Below, piece by piece: positions 27,140 to 37,900 of a DNA stretch of 64,000 nucleotides. The stretch comes from the human T2T-CHM13v2.0 reference genome, Homo sapiens. A program made the translations under genes and the position numbers. Each line of letters opens with the position of its first letter. Within the stretch, counting starts at the first letter, position 1. Where the stretch lies: assembly GCA_009914755.4 (NCBI GenBank), contig CP068257.2:39040001-39104000 (forward strand), written 5' to 3'. A model generated the notes under the pieces. It did no database searches. It was given only the letters and a program-made list of their open reading frames with translations, and was not told the DNA's origin.

Positions 27140-27730
27140 CATATGGGCGCGTGTGGGTGATCTGATTGGCTCAGCAGCTGTCATTTCTGCCGTCCCTTCC
27201 CCCCATGTAACCTTTCCAGGGCTCCAGTATCCAGCTCAAAAAGACACCCTGAAGCTTCTCCACACAGAAATTCTACCATTCTTAGATCCATCATCATAAA
27301 TTGGTGAAGCATATTGATCACTATTTGAAACAACATGCCCTCACACACAAAAGCTATCCATGGCAGGTTGACACTCTGTGCTCACCAAATGTGTATAACC
27401 CTTTAGATAAAAAACTGAAAGTAAAGTCTGAGGCTCGTGGTGTGGCTATGGATTCAGTGCATCAGGAAATGCTGTAACGCGCCTCTGAAGGTCTCGGCAT
27501 GTCAGCCTCGCCTTGACTTGCACTGTCCTGCTTTTTAACAAATGCTGCAGTGTAAAGCTGTAGGTGGTTCCAACAATAGAATCATTTCATGAAAATAAAA
27601 GAAGACAGCTTTTGTTTTGGGAATAATAAATACTGGGAATTTGAAATGTCGACTTCCCTCAGAACGGCATCACGTAGGAGATGTCAGCTATGAAATCCCA
27701 GGCTGCCCCTGATTGGCCAACACAGGCACT
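27140..27730. promoter_or_regulatory. Candidate intronic regulatory segment: CpG-retaining sequence with two CTGATTGGC (inverted CCAAT/NF-Y-type) motifs 550 bp apart
   Basis: gggcgcgtgtgggtgatctgattggctcagc at 27146-27175; aacgcgcctctgaaggtctcggcatgtcagcctcgcc near 27470; cacgtag and cccctgattggccaacac at 27671-27725. CpG density is well above the surrounding AT-rich intron. Function is an inference only. Confidence 0.2.
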
Positions 27731-28049
27731 CTTTGCCTTGGGAGGAGAGGCTGATGTGAAATTTGATTTTAGAGTAGTAGAAAAAAATATAAAAAAGCAA
27801 CAGCTCTTATTAAAGCATTAAGAAGAATTTAAAAGGAAATAACACCACCACTCTCATGGAAAAGTTGCTTATTCAAGATTCACTCCATAAACATGTATTA
27901 AGCTTCTACTATGTGTCTGGAATGGTAATGTTATCATTCAGTCGACAATATTTGTTGGCTCTTATGCATGTACATAATATGGGAAACTGAAAGAAAGTTT
28001 AAGAAAAGGCAAAATCTCTATCTTCTAGAGAGGGAGAATTTCAAGAAAG

Positions 28050-28215
28050 GACCTTGGGTCACTTACTGAAGCTCTCTCTGCCTCAGCCTTCTCATCTGTA
28101 AAGTGGGGCCGATGAAAGCAATTACTTAATGGGGTTGTCGAGAAGTTTTTAGGTATAACCTGACATGTGCATGCCATAGAATTGTTAGCTATTCAATAAC
28201 TGACATGTGCTACAA
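28050..28215 (+). mobile_element. MIR SINE fragment
   Basis: gaccttgggtcacttactgaagctctctctgcctcagccttctcatctgtaaagtgggg...acctgacatgtgcatgccatagaattgttagctattcaataac matches the MIR core and 3' region. Confidence 0.6.
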
Positions 28216-29320
28216 GTATTTTAATGTAAATACTAATCTTTACTGCAAATACATACTCTGATTTAGCTGTGATGGTTAAGGCAAAATATAAGATCCTTTC
28301 ATTCTGCCTTATTGTCATTTTATATCATACTTTTGCTATTTAAGAAAAATAAACGTTTTAATAAATAAGTAAAGAGTTGTTTATTTTAAAATCCTACAGA
28401 CTATTAGTTCAGTAGCATTCTAATGCTTTTATGTTGAAATTGAAGGATTTTGGATTATTTCCCCATGACTTCTTCAGCATACCTTGCATTTTAGCAATTC
28501 TTAAATAGAACTACTTTTCTTTTACTTCCTAATAAGCCTCACACAAACAACGGCCTATTTGTTTTGAAACCACGGTGTCCTGACCTTCTGGTTTCTGGGA
28601 TACAAACACTTTAGACAGAAGATAATGATAATAATAATAAGAAGAAGAAGGACAATGACAAACATTAATGTCAAGCACTGTGCTAAGAACTTTACCTATA
28701 TTAATTCATTTAATTCTTATAACAATCTTACTATAATGTTATTTTTATTCCTATTTCCATTTTACAGTTGAGGAAATTGAGGCATAGCAAGGTTATATGA
28801 CTAACTCAAGGTTACGTAACTTGGTCCAGGTTGAATATGGGGTATGGACCTAGACACTGGCTTCAGGCTCCACACTATCTACAGGCTCTATAGAGAAATG
28901 CACACCTAGAGGTCCAGAATTACTTAGCTATGTTCCAATTCATGGAGCACCTCACTTGGCCTGAAACTGCAGTTATGGCACTCTTCATCTTTATAAAAAC
29001 ACAGTACCCAGGTCCACAGAGAGGTATTTAACTATGGAAGGTCTCACTACTGTGCAGTAGGGACCCAAAGCCAGGCTCCTTTGAGTGCAAACCCAAGCTC
29101 TGCTGTGCGCTGCTGGCAAAATGAAAGACATGCAGAAACCTGAAACCACCTCTAAGAGCACACACGATCTGTGTATTTTTGCTTATTTACTGTATCTGTT
29201 TATAGCTTCTTTTCAAAGAACATTTTGACTCTGCTCTACTGCAGAGCAGTGTGTGCTGTGGATTTTCTGTTGCTCATAAAGTCCAATTCTGGACAGCCAA
29301 TATTTTCAGCAGCATCATTG

Positions 29321-29682
29321 TATTTTCAGGAACTACACACACTCAAATATTCTGTAAATACTCTCATTACTTCTCCCATACATGAGCCTTGGAGAGTCAA
29401 TGCAACTTTGCAAATAGAATTTAGTTGTTGAAGTTTCAACCACAGGTGACGATTTAGCCAATAAAAATTCAGTTAGTTTGGAATTAATTTTGGAATAACT
29501 GTATTTTCAGGAACTACACACACTGAAATATTCTGTAAATACTCTCATTACTTCCCCCATACATGAGCCTTGGATAGTCAATACAACTTTGCAAATAGAA
29601 TCTAGTTGTTGAAGTTTCAACCACAGGTGACAGTTTATCCAATAAAAATTCAGTTTGTTTGGAATTGATTTTGTAATCAAGG
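29321..29682. repeat. Tandem duplication, two copies of about 181 bp (29321-29501 and 29502-29682), about 93% identical
   Basis: Both copies read tattttcaggaactacacacact[c/g]aaatattctgtaaatactctcattacttc[t/c]cccatacatgagccttgga[g/t]agtcaat[g/a]caactttgcaaatagaat[t/c]tagttgttgaagtttcaaccacaggtgac...ccaataaaaattcagtt..tttggaatt.attttg.aat. Track ORFs 29507..29713 and 29514..29711 fall inside copy 2. Confidence 0.9.
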
Positions 29683-29820
29683 GTAACTTTTGAGGCAATT
29701 TTTTCATGCACATGTTTTCAGACTGCTAATCACTTGGGAAACTGATGAGTCGTTTGTCCATTAACAAATTTCCCCCTTTTCCTTTTGAGGAAGGAAACAC
29801 AGGACTTGAAGATGTCCAAT

Positions 29821-30090
29821 AAGCCGTGGCACCCGAAAGTGAGGATCTGAAATGCAGGTGAAGCAGCTTGCCTGCCGCCCCTGTGCTTGGTCCAGGACTG
29901 CCTGGATCCTGTCCCCTACTGGCCCCCAGCCCGTTCTGACACAGACCAGGCTACTTGCAGCTGGGACAGCGGCAGCTGGTGGTGTGGCTGCCAGCTGGAT
30001 GCTGGCGCCGCCGGGGACAGGGCTGCAGGGACCCACAGGGCCTGGCACACCAGCACTCCTGGCTACCCTGATGGGGCTGTCTGCTTTTTG
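29821..30090. other. Isolated GC-rich block of about 270 bp with retained CpGs, in an otherwise AT-rich intron
   Basis: gccgtggcacccgaaagtgagg...cctgccgcccctgtgcttggtccaggactgcctggatcctgtcccc...cagcggcagctggtggtgtggctgccagctggatgctggcgccgccggggacagggctgcagggacccacagggcctggcacacc. ORFs are open in several frames on both strands (tracks 29761..30048-, 29852..30124+, 29887..30213+), which is typical of GC-rich non-coding DNA. Confidence 0.4.
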
Positions 30091-30252
30091 TTTCCTTCCC
30101 TTAAAAATGCTTTTTTTTTTTTAAGAATCTCATTGAGTATATATTTATCAGTTGTCTACTGTGTGTCCAGCAGGAGATGGAAAGATATAAAATGTGTGAG
30201 AGAGGGCAAATAAAGAATTGGAAGAATTTGTAATCATAGTGGGTTAAATAGC

Positions 30253-30722
30253 TTCCCCCAAAAATGTCCTTTCTGGAGCCTCAGAATGTGACCTTATTTG
30301 GAAACAGGGTTGTGGTAGATGTAATCATTTAAGTTACCATGAGGTCATACTGAAATAAGGTGGGCCCTTCATCCAATATGACTGTTGGCTTTATTAGAAG
30401 AGGAGAAGAAATGCAAAGACACACACAGGGCAAAAGTCACATGTCGCTAGAGGGAGGGACTGGATGGAGTGAGACTTCTGCAAGTCAAGGATGCCAAGGA
30501 GCCAAGGACCGCAGGCAACACCAGGTGCTGGGAGGCCTGACAGGGACCCTCCCCAGAGTACTGACAGAGACCCTCCCCGCAGCCCTCTGAGTCAGCACAG
30601 CCCTGCTGACGCTGTGACTTTGGATTTGCAGACTTCAGAACTGTGAGGAAATAAATTTCTATTGTTTGAAACCAGTCAGTTCATGGTATTTTTTTTTTGT
30701 AGTCCTAGGAAACTAATACAGT
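30253..30722 (+). mobile_element. MaLR LTR (MLT1-family)
   Basis: ttcccccaaaaatgtcctttctggagcctcagaatgtgaccttatttggaaacagggttgtggtagatgtaatcatttaagttaccatgaggtcatactgaaataaggtgggccc...gactttggatttgcagacttcagaactgtgaggaaataaatttctattgtttgaaaccagtcagttcatggtattttttt. Confidence 0.7.
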
Positions 30723-31067
30723 CATGATATTGAAAAATAAATGAATAAATCAAAGGGAAATTCCTTTGTGGTCATGGGGAAGGTTTCCTTTGTTGGAGGT
30801 GGCCAGAGGGATGCAGGGGGAGTGAATGAGCAGGACCAGGAGAGAAGGCAGGTCCGAAGTTGGGGTCACACAGGTACAAGTCATGGATGAAGCCCTGGAA
30901 GATGAGGAAATGACCAATACAGAAAGTGGATGGGATTGGACTTTTAGATTGACATACATTTCTGAGAGGGGAAGATGCAAACTGAAGGAAAGAGATAGCA
31001 CCGAAATATTCAGAGAGAAGATCAACCAGGCAGTGTAGTTGGATACAAACCAAAGGAGAGCAACTGC

Positions 31068-31678
31068 TATGAACTGCCTTGTGTCCCCTAAAGTTGTAGA
31101 TGATGAAGCCCTAACCCCAAAGAAAGAGAGAAAGAGAGAGAAAGAAAAAGAAAAAAGAAAGAAAGAAAGAAAAGGAAGGAAGAAAATAAAGGTAGAAGAG
31201 AGAAAGAGAGAGAGAAAGAGAGAAAGAGAGAGAGAGAGAAAGAGAGAAAGAAAGAAAGAGAAAGAGAAAGAGAGAGAAAGAAAGAGGAAGGGAAGGGAAG
31301 GGAAGGGAAGGGAAGGGAAGGGAAGGGAAGGGAAGGGAGACCTGAGCACCTGTGTCACAAGAAATACAGTAATTACTAAGAGAAGTAATTTGGAGTATGA
31401 AAGTAATTAAGGTTAAATCGGGTCATAAGGGTGGGCCCCTAATCGGATAGAATTAGTGTCCTTGCAAGAAGAAACATGAGAAAGTCAGTCATGTAAGGAC
31501 AGCAGGAAGGCGTCCATCTGCACGCCAGGATGAGGCCCCCATCAGAACCTGACCATGCTGGCAGCCTGATCTCAAACTTCTAGGCTCCAGGACTATAAGG
31601 AAATAAATTGCTGTTGTTTAAGCCACCCAGTGTGTGATATTTTGTTTTGGCGTCCAGAGCTGCCAAATACAGGAACCA
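31068..31678 (+). mobile_element. MaLR LTR (MLT1-family) carrying an internal purine-repeat expansion
   Basis: The 5' part reads cttgtgtcccctaaagttgtagatgatgaagccctaaccccaa. A GA-rich repeat follows at 31119-31337. The LTR then resumes ...ggttaaatcgggtcataagggtgggcccctaatcggatagaattagtgtccttgcaagaag...gatctcaaacttctaggctccaggactataaggaaataaattgctgttgtttaagccacccagtgtgtgatattttgtt. Confidence 0.6.
31119..31337. repeat. Purine-rich (GA/GAAA) microsatellite ending in about 10 (GGAAG) units; polypurine/polypyrimidine tract
   Basis: aaagaaagagagaaagagagagaaagaaaaagaaaaaagaaagaaag...gagagagagagaaagagagaaag...gaggaagggaagggaagggaagggaagggaagggaagggaagggaag. Track ORFs 30750..31358(-) (202 aa, SLPFPSLPF...) and 31039..31410(+) (KREKEKEKRKK...) are low-complexity artefacts of this repeat. 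Confidence 0.9.
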
Positions 31679-31865
31679 ACAGAGGAAGTAGGTCAACTGT
31701 GTACATCTAACAGGGAGGTCAGAGAGAAACTGGACCAGGAGACAGCCTTGGGATTTAACATTTGGAAGTCATGGGTGATCTTGAAGTAGTGAATTTCAGT
31801 AGATTGTAACAGGCAAAGCCCAAAATACTCACTACTATAAACTATTATCTCAAACAGTTTGCCAG

Positions 31866-31968
31866 AAGAAAGAGAAAGAATGAAAGGAGTGTGTGACAGA
31901 GAGAGAGAAAGAAAAAAGAAAGAAGGAAGGAAGAAAGTAAAGACAGAGAAAGAAAGAAGTATGGAAGT
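31866..31968. repeat. Second purine-rich (GA/GAAA/GGAAG) tract
   Basis: agaagaaagagaaagaatgaaaggagtgtgtgacagagagagagaaagaaaaaagaaagaaggaaggaagaaagtaaagacagagaaagaaagaag. It is followed at 32001-32049 by a near-identical copy of the 45-bp flank seen after the first GA tract (31339-31386). Confidence 0.85.
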
Positions 31969-32415
31969 TAGCAAAGGGAAAGGTTTCTTTAAAACTGGGG
32001 GACCTGAGCACCTGTGTCACAAGAAATACGGTAATTACTAAAGAGAAGCTGTCTGAAGCAACAGAGGGCACAGCTGATGAAAAGAGGTCCTAGAACGCCG
32101 GAGCAGGTAAGGGGACCAGGAGGGCAGCACGGTGGGAGGCTAAGCTGGAAGGAAAGAGGACAGCTCTTCCTGTGGGAGAGAACGTGGGGCTGAGCCATGA
32201 AGGAGGTAGAAAGGGTCATCTGAAGAAAGCTGTTCTCAGCCCCTGCAGAGTGAAAAGTTACGATCCTTTGAACACTGGAGAGTAGGTGCAGCAGAGTTGA
32301 GAATGGGGTGCTCCAGGATGCTGAGAAAAAGCTTGGGAAAGACCTCTTCAGCTATACAGACGCGGGCGCAAAAACACCTGAGCATCCAGACAATCAGTGA
32401 AGAGCTGGTTAAGAC

Positions 32416-32721
32416 CGGGCCACGCACGGTGGCTCACACCTATAATCCCAGCACTTTGGGAGGCCGAGGCGGGCAGATCACGAGGTCAGGAGATCGAGAC
32501 CATCCTGGCTAACATGGTGTAACCCTGTCTCTACTAAAAAAAAAAAATAGCCAGGTGTGGTGGCAGGTGCCTGTAGTCCCAGCTACTCGGGAGGCTGAGG
32601 CAGGAGAATCACTTGAACTCGGTGGAGAAGAGGTTGCAATGAGCCGAGATCGCGTCACTGCACTCCAGCCTGGGTGACAGAGTGAGACTCCATCAAAAAA
32701 AAAGAAAAAAGAAAAAAGAAA
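32416..32721 (+). mobile_element. Alu SINE (AluY-like)
   Basis: gggccacgcacggtggctcacacctataatcccagcactttgggaggccgaggcgggcagatcacgaggtcaggagatcgagaccatcctggctaacatggtgtaaccctgtctctactaaaaaaa...gagccgagatcgcgtcactgcactccagcctgggtgacagagtgagactcc followed by an A/GAAAAA tail. Confidence 0.95.
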
Positions 32722-34557
32722 CCGGACTGGCATAAATGCTCAATGTGCCCAGTCTGCAGGAACGCTCCACAGGCTGACGGTGGAGAAGGGAAGCGGGGTG
32801 GCTCCTAGACTGAGGATTCCACAGGTGACGCGGTTGCTGAGGAGAGAGGAAGTCTGGGCTGCTGGATGGTTTACTCCATCCTGCCCCATCTGCTCAGAAG
32901 GACAGCCACAAAGGGCTGACAGCCATGGTAGCTCCGCCTGAGGGATTTCTGGAGGCCAAGCAACCCATCTGCTTAAGAGACCTTCCTCCACCTGCTCCAG
33001 CCCAGAGCAAAGGACACAGCACCATAAGCCTGGTCCAACCCACCTTTATCTCTGCTCGACAATACCTTGAGTTCACACTGACTTCTTGAGTAGCTAGCAA
33101 GTTATTCTGAGTCACAAATTATATTTCTCAATCTCAAATCCTGTTTTCTTATACTGTGGCACATTGTCTAAGCAAATCTTGATTTGTGACATCTATTTTA
33201 GCTTGTCGATAATAATAATAATCTAACAGCATTATGGTTATCACTACACAATATTCTTTCCTAAATGATCCTGTTATTCTCTTGAATTTTCCTGAAATGA
33301 AAACTCTTAGATGAACAACAGACCAGAGAATATGCTTGTGTCCAAATTACATCTGATTGACTTAGCTGGCCATCTGTTTCCCATGTCTAGAAAGAACCAA
33401 ACATCACGGGGAGAGAGAGAAAGCAGAAGATCCTTAATGGCAGAATATAAAATGAACTCCATTTACACTTAGGTGGAGCAAGGGAAGAGTATGAGTCAAT
33501 GTGTTTTCAGACCTTAAAATAATTTGGGATGAGACCTTTCTTAAGGCTTGAAATACTTGGGTACAAGGCAATAAAGTACATAAAGCATAGATTTTCTTCA
33601 TTTGCTTTCTCCAGCATTTCATGATGAGCATATGCAAAGTGATCGTTGAATGTATGAAAATGAAGATGAGCCAACATCATTTAAAAAGTTGCATGGCACA
33701 GAGAAGAGTTAACACAGTAGGTCTGAGACTGTCAGTCTTATGAAGGGCTGCTTGCAGGACTGTCCCTTGGCTGGTATCTGGGAACTAGGATATTGGCAGC
33801 GTTCCCACCACCCTTAGAGTGGCTCACTGCCTGAACTGCATAAGCAATACAGTTCATGATGAGCACCTGCCTTCCTTGGGGAGTCTGGAACTTTGGCACA
33901 TACCAAACATACCAGGGTGCCTACGTGACCTGCCCCCAAAGGAAACCTTGGCCACTGAGTCTCCAGGAGCTCTCCTGCTCCCCTGGTAGACAACATTGCA
34001 CCTCTTATCATGACTCATTGCTGGAGAAATTAAGTGCTTCCTAGTGATTCCACAGGGAGAAGACCCCTGAGAGCTGGGGCCTGCTTTCCTCTGAATGTCA
34101 CCTCATGTGCCTTTTGCCTTTGCTGCTTTTGCTCCATAGCCTTCTCCTGTATTAAGTCACAGCCATGGATGCAGCTACATGCTGAGTCTTCCTGGCAGAT
34201 CACCAAACCTGAGGGTGGGCTTGGGGACCTTTGACATGGGCATGTAACATCCTGCAAGATTAAATCTAAGAAAGTGAAAAAATAACTTTGACAGCAGTTG
34301 GCTTAAGAAGTGGAATATTCAATTTGGAATTTTAATATCCTGGCATTGTATTGTGGGAGAGGACTAGAGAAATCACTGCATATCCATGGGAGGAAACTGA
34401 GGCAAACAAAAACAAAAACAGAGAGAGATAGAAACGCCTTTCCCTAGGCCACCCAGCTAACCTGAGTCAGCGCTGCAATCAAGTCATATTCCAGAAACTT
34501 AAAATAGGAAATCAAGGGGGATTTTAGTGTGACTGAGTGGCCCAACAAATGAGGTTT

Positions 34558-34950
34558 TACACACACATACACAACACACAGATACAGAGCACACATCACA
34601 CACACCCCCTGCATATATCACACACACACACACAGAGCACACACACCACATAGCACGTACTCCACACACACACACACACACACCCTCCACACACACACAG
34701 AGCTCACACACCACACACAGCACACACTCCACACACACACCCCACACACATACAGAGCTCACACACCATACACGGCACACACACACACCACATATACACA
34801 GAGTACACACCCCACATGCCACACACACACCACACACACTACACACACATACAAACACACATCATGCACCACACACACATATGCACACACCACACCAAAC
34901 ACCACACACATATGTGGACACGCACATCACACACATGTACACACACCCCT
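34558..34950. repeat. Complex CA-rich minisatellite ((CA)n with recurring cagagc(t)cacacaccac units, about 55-60 bp higher-order periodicity)
   Basis: acacacacatacacaacacacagatacagagcacacatcacacacacc...cacacacacacacagagcacacacaccacatagcacgtactccacacacacacacacacacaccctccacacacacacagagctcacacaccacacacagcacacactccacacacacaccccacacacatacagagctcacacacc.... Track ORFs 34499..34858(-) and 34816..35292(+) are artefacts of this repeat. Confidence 0.9.
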
Positions 34951-37900
34951 CCTGATATCCTCTGGGCTAAATTTGCCCCAATGCTTTCTTTTCTTGTTTT
35001 CTTTTTTAAAGAAAAAATATTAACATACCTATCTCTATGTGTCTATCTACTTGTTTTGGTAGTGCAAAAGTCAAAAGCGTACTTCTCTGTGTTGGGTTGT
35101 ACTCCACAATACACAGTTTGCAGCTTTCAGAATGGGTGCAGGTCTCCTCCTGGCAGGCTGAGGCCCTGCAGACTAGCTGCTATTGTGGCTGCTTTGGAGC
35201 CTTGCTGGCAGCTGTTTGGAGACTCAGGCTGTGCCCCTCGCCTTACACGACCCCCATTCTTGGTGTCACACAGGGGCTCTCCAGAGCTGTAAACAACCAG
35301 CTTTTAATTACTTTCAGGTGGCAGCGGGGTAACATGCAAAACCTAATTTAGTGAGCGATAGACTTAAATGGAAAAAGTATAACATAATTAATGATTTTTA
35401 AAAAGAAAGAGACCAGGGCCCTCTCTTCCTATTTCTCAGTTAATTCACTCCCAAAAATATAGCATGGTAAAAACATGACATCTCTGTGCCTTTCTAATTC
35501 CAGTCTGATGTGCACGTTCTGAGCTGAGAATACTTTCCAGTGTTTAAAATGAGGTTCTTATTTACTAAAAGCAATATAAATAGAAGATTAGATGATACAT
35601 ACAAAGACAGATAGCTAGGTAGATGATAACAGACAGAAAAATGTTCCTTTTATACTTTTCATTTGGTCCCACGAATTTCTTTTCAGTGAATGTTAAAGAA
35701 ATGCTTCTTTAATTCTGCAACTCTCTGGCACTTTTAAAATCAAAGATGAGGCTTTCAGGTGACTCTAGGTTTTTTTTAAATTTCACATTATTTTAATGTT
35801 TATCTCATTCCTTTTACTCATAAGCTCTTTGAGGGCAGACTCAGGTCTCCGCAAGATAGCAGCCACAGCATAGCAGATGTCTGGAAAATGCTCAGTGAGG
35901 AGCAATAAAATCACAATAGAAGTGCCACAGAAAGGGAAGGTTAACTTCTATAGTCAAGAGTGCACAAAGCAGAGGCCCCCCACAGCATGACCCTCAGGTC
36001 CCCCCGACAGCTGTGCTAGCTCTCCCTCCCTCCCCACATGAGAATACGGCATCCAATCTGCTCTTAGTTCTGGTTTGCTGAAACGTGCTTAAGGGCAGCC
36101 TTGTCTAATTTGGTTGGCTGTACCTATAATCTCTTTTCCCCTCTCTAAAATGCAAAGGTTTTCTTAAATCACAACCTCCTTTCTGAAACCTTCTCTACTT
36201 CCCCAGGCAAAACCGTGTGTGTAGCTACAGCCTCAGGCCCTAAGCGCCTACTGCAGCACTTAACACCCCAAGAGGGACAGTGCAGGAATCTCCCCAAGCA
36301 TCTCAACAGCAGAAACCATCTCTGCAGGGGCCTGGGGAGGGAGTGCTTCTTAAAGCCCAAGTCTTGCGTGATCTATGATGCCCAGACCCAGTTGTGGCAG
36401 TGAAGAATTACAGCCAATGTTTCATGTAAAGTGGTTGGTTTATGTCCTTTGATATTTCATGTGGGCAGAAAATTGTTCACGTTTAGCCAAAATACAGAAA
36501 GAAGATAATCATCCTTCGACCTGAACTCAATGATCCTAAGAGGTAAAATTCTCCTTGAATCATCACTAATAGAGGTATTCAGATAGGAAATATTACAGCA
36601 GAAAATTGGGCCACTGCTAAAGAGGGAGGCAGTTTCTCTGGGAATAGTAAAATGTTTGCTTTTTCCATTTTCCAAATCCGGTTACCCCTGGGCTGTGTCT
36701 TTGATGTTAATGTAGCTAAACCCCTGGTGAGATTCTCACAATTTTATCAGAAGAAACAGAAACGGAAGGCTGGGCTCTCTTACTGCTGGCCTCCCTAATC
36801 GGGAGGAAATTCACAACAGGCTTGTGAAGGGAAACCCAAATATAAAGCCGGTGTTATTGTTTTTTTCCAGGATGGTGTTTTATGTATCTCCACATCAGCA
36901 GTACCTCCAAAAGCATGTCATTATTCAAGCTACTATATTTTTACTGGGCTACATTAATATTATGGCATTTAAAAGGATTTCATTGCAGCTTAGGATAAGT
37001 GATGAGGATGTCTAAAAAAATCCACATAGACATCATGACTCTTGTTCTTCCTGGCTCATTTTAGGGAGGTAAGAACACAATAGGTCAGGATCTGTCATAT
37101 TAACTGAGGTCATCTGATGGCACCTTGTGTGCCTGTCTCTGAAATGCTTTTCCTCTGCACATTTACGACCCCACCCCCATCCATCATACCAGAGGGAAGG
37201 GTCACCCTGTAAGGCCCCAGGGCCCAGGGAAGAGCTCAGGCAGGCAGAAAAGCAACATCAGATATTATGAATCTTTCCTCCATTTGGTAGAATTATGGGA
37301 TTTCTACTTTTCAGCTGTTGGGGTATTCTTTCCAAAGGTCACTCCAAATCAATGAACTCATTAATGTCCTTGATAATGGTAGCCTCATGGCCTCATATGA
37401 TGAAGAGGCATAACTTGATTCCTGCGTCTACCTTCAGGCCAACCGAAGCCTGTCCTGGAAAGAAATCAATGCAGGCCCTAATGTGCAGTAAGCTCCCAAA
37501 AGGAACCATGACAATATGCACAACACTCATTAAACCCTGACAAACACTGCATTTGTGCTTCTCAGGAAAATAAACTACTCATTTGTTTTCTTAACCAAAA
37601 TAAAGGGCAAAACCTAGTGAGACATACTAATAGAAACCATTTTGCTTCTTTTTAGGGAAATACACAAACATCTTTAATTTTGCTTTTCATTAAAAAAGAA
37701 TTTGTAGAAGACAAATACCCATTTACCTTCACCAGGATTTCCAAAGGTCCCCTGGCCTAGAGATTCACAGAAACCCAAAGCTCATCTGTTAGAAGCAGGT
37801 CTTTGCTGCTCCGACCTTCCCAGGGGATCTCCCAACAGTCAAGGCTGAGCAGCTAAGCATCCCCCAGGCTGACAGGTCACACTTCGCCCTGAGCCCAGTG

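Noticed and set aside
30750-31410. Longest ORFs in the window: 202 aa on minus (30750..31358) and 123 aa on plus (31039..31410)
   Set aside because: Both are translations of the GA/GAAA/GGAAG purine repeat (SLPFPSLPFPSLPF..., KREKEKEKRKKERK...). They are low-complexity, overlap each other on opposite strands, and sit inside an MLT1 LTR. They are not genes.
34499-35351. ORFs 34499..34858(-), 34816..35292(+) and 35037..35351(+)
   Set aside because: They are driven by the CA-rich minisatellite (CVCSVCGVCVACGVC..., HTHHTHYTHIQTH...) and are low-complexity artefacts.
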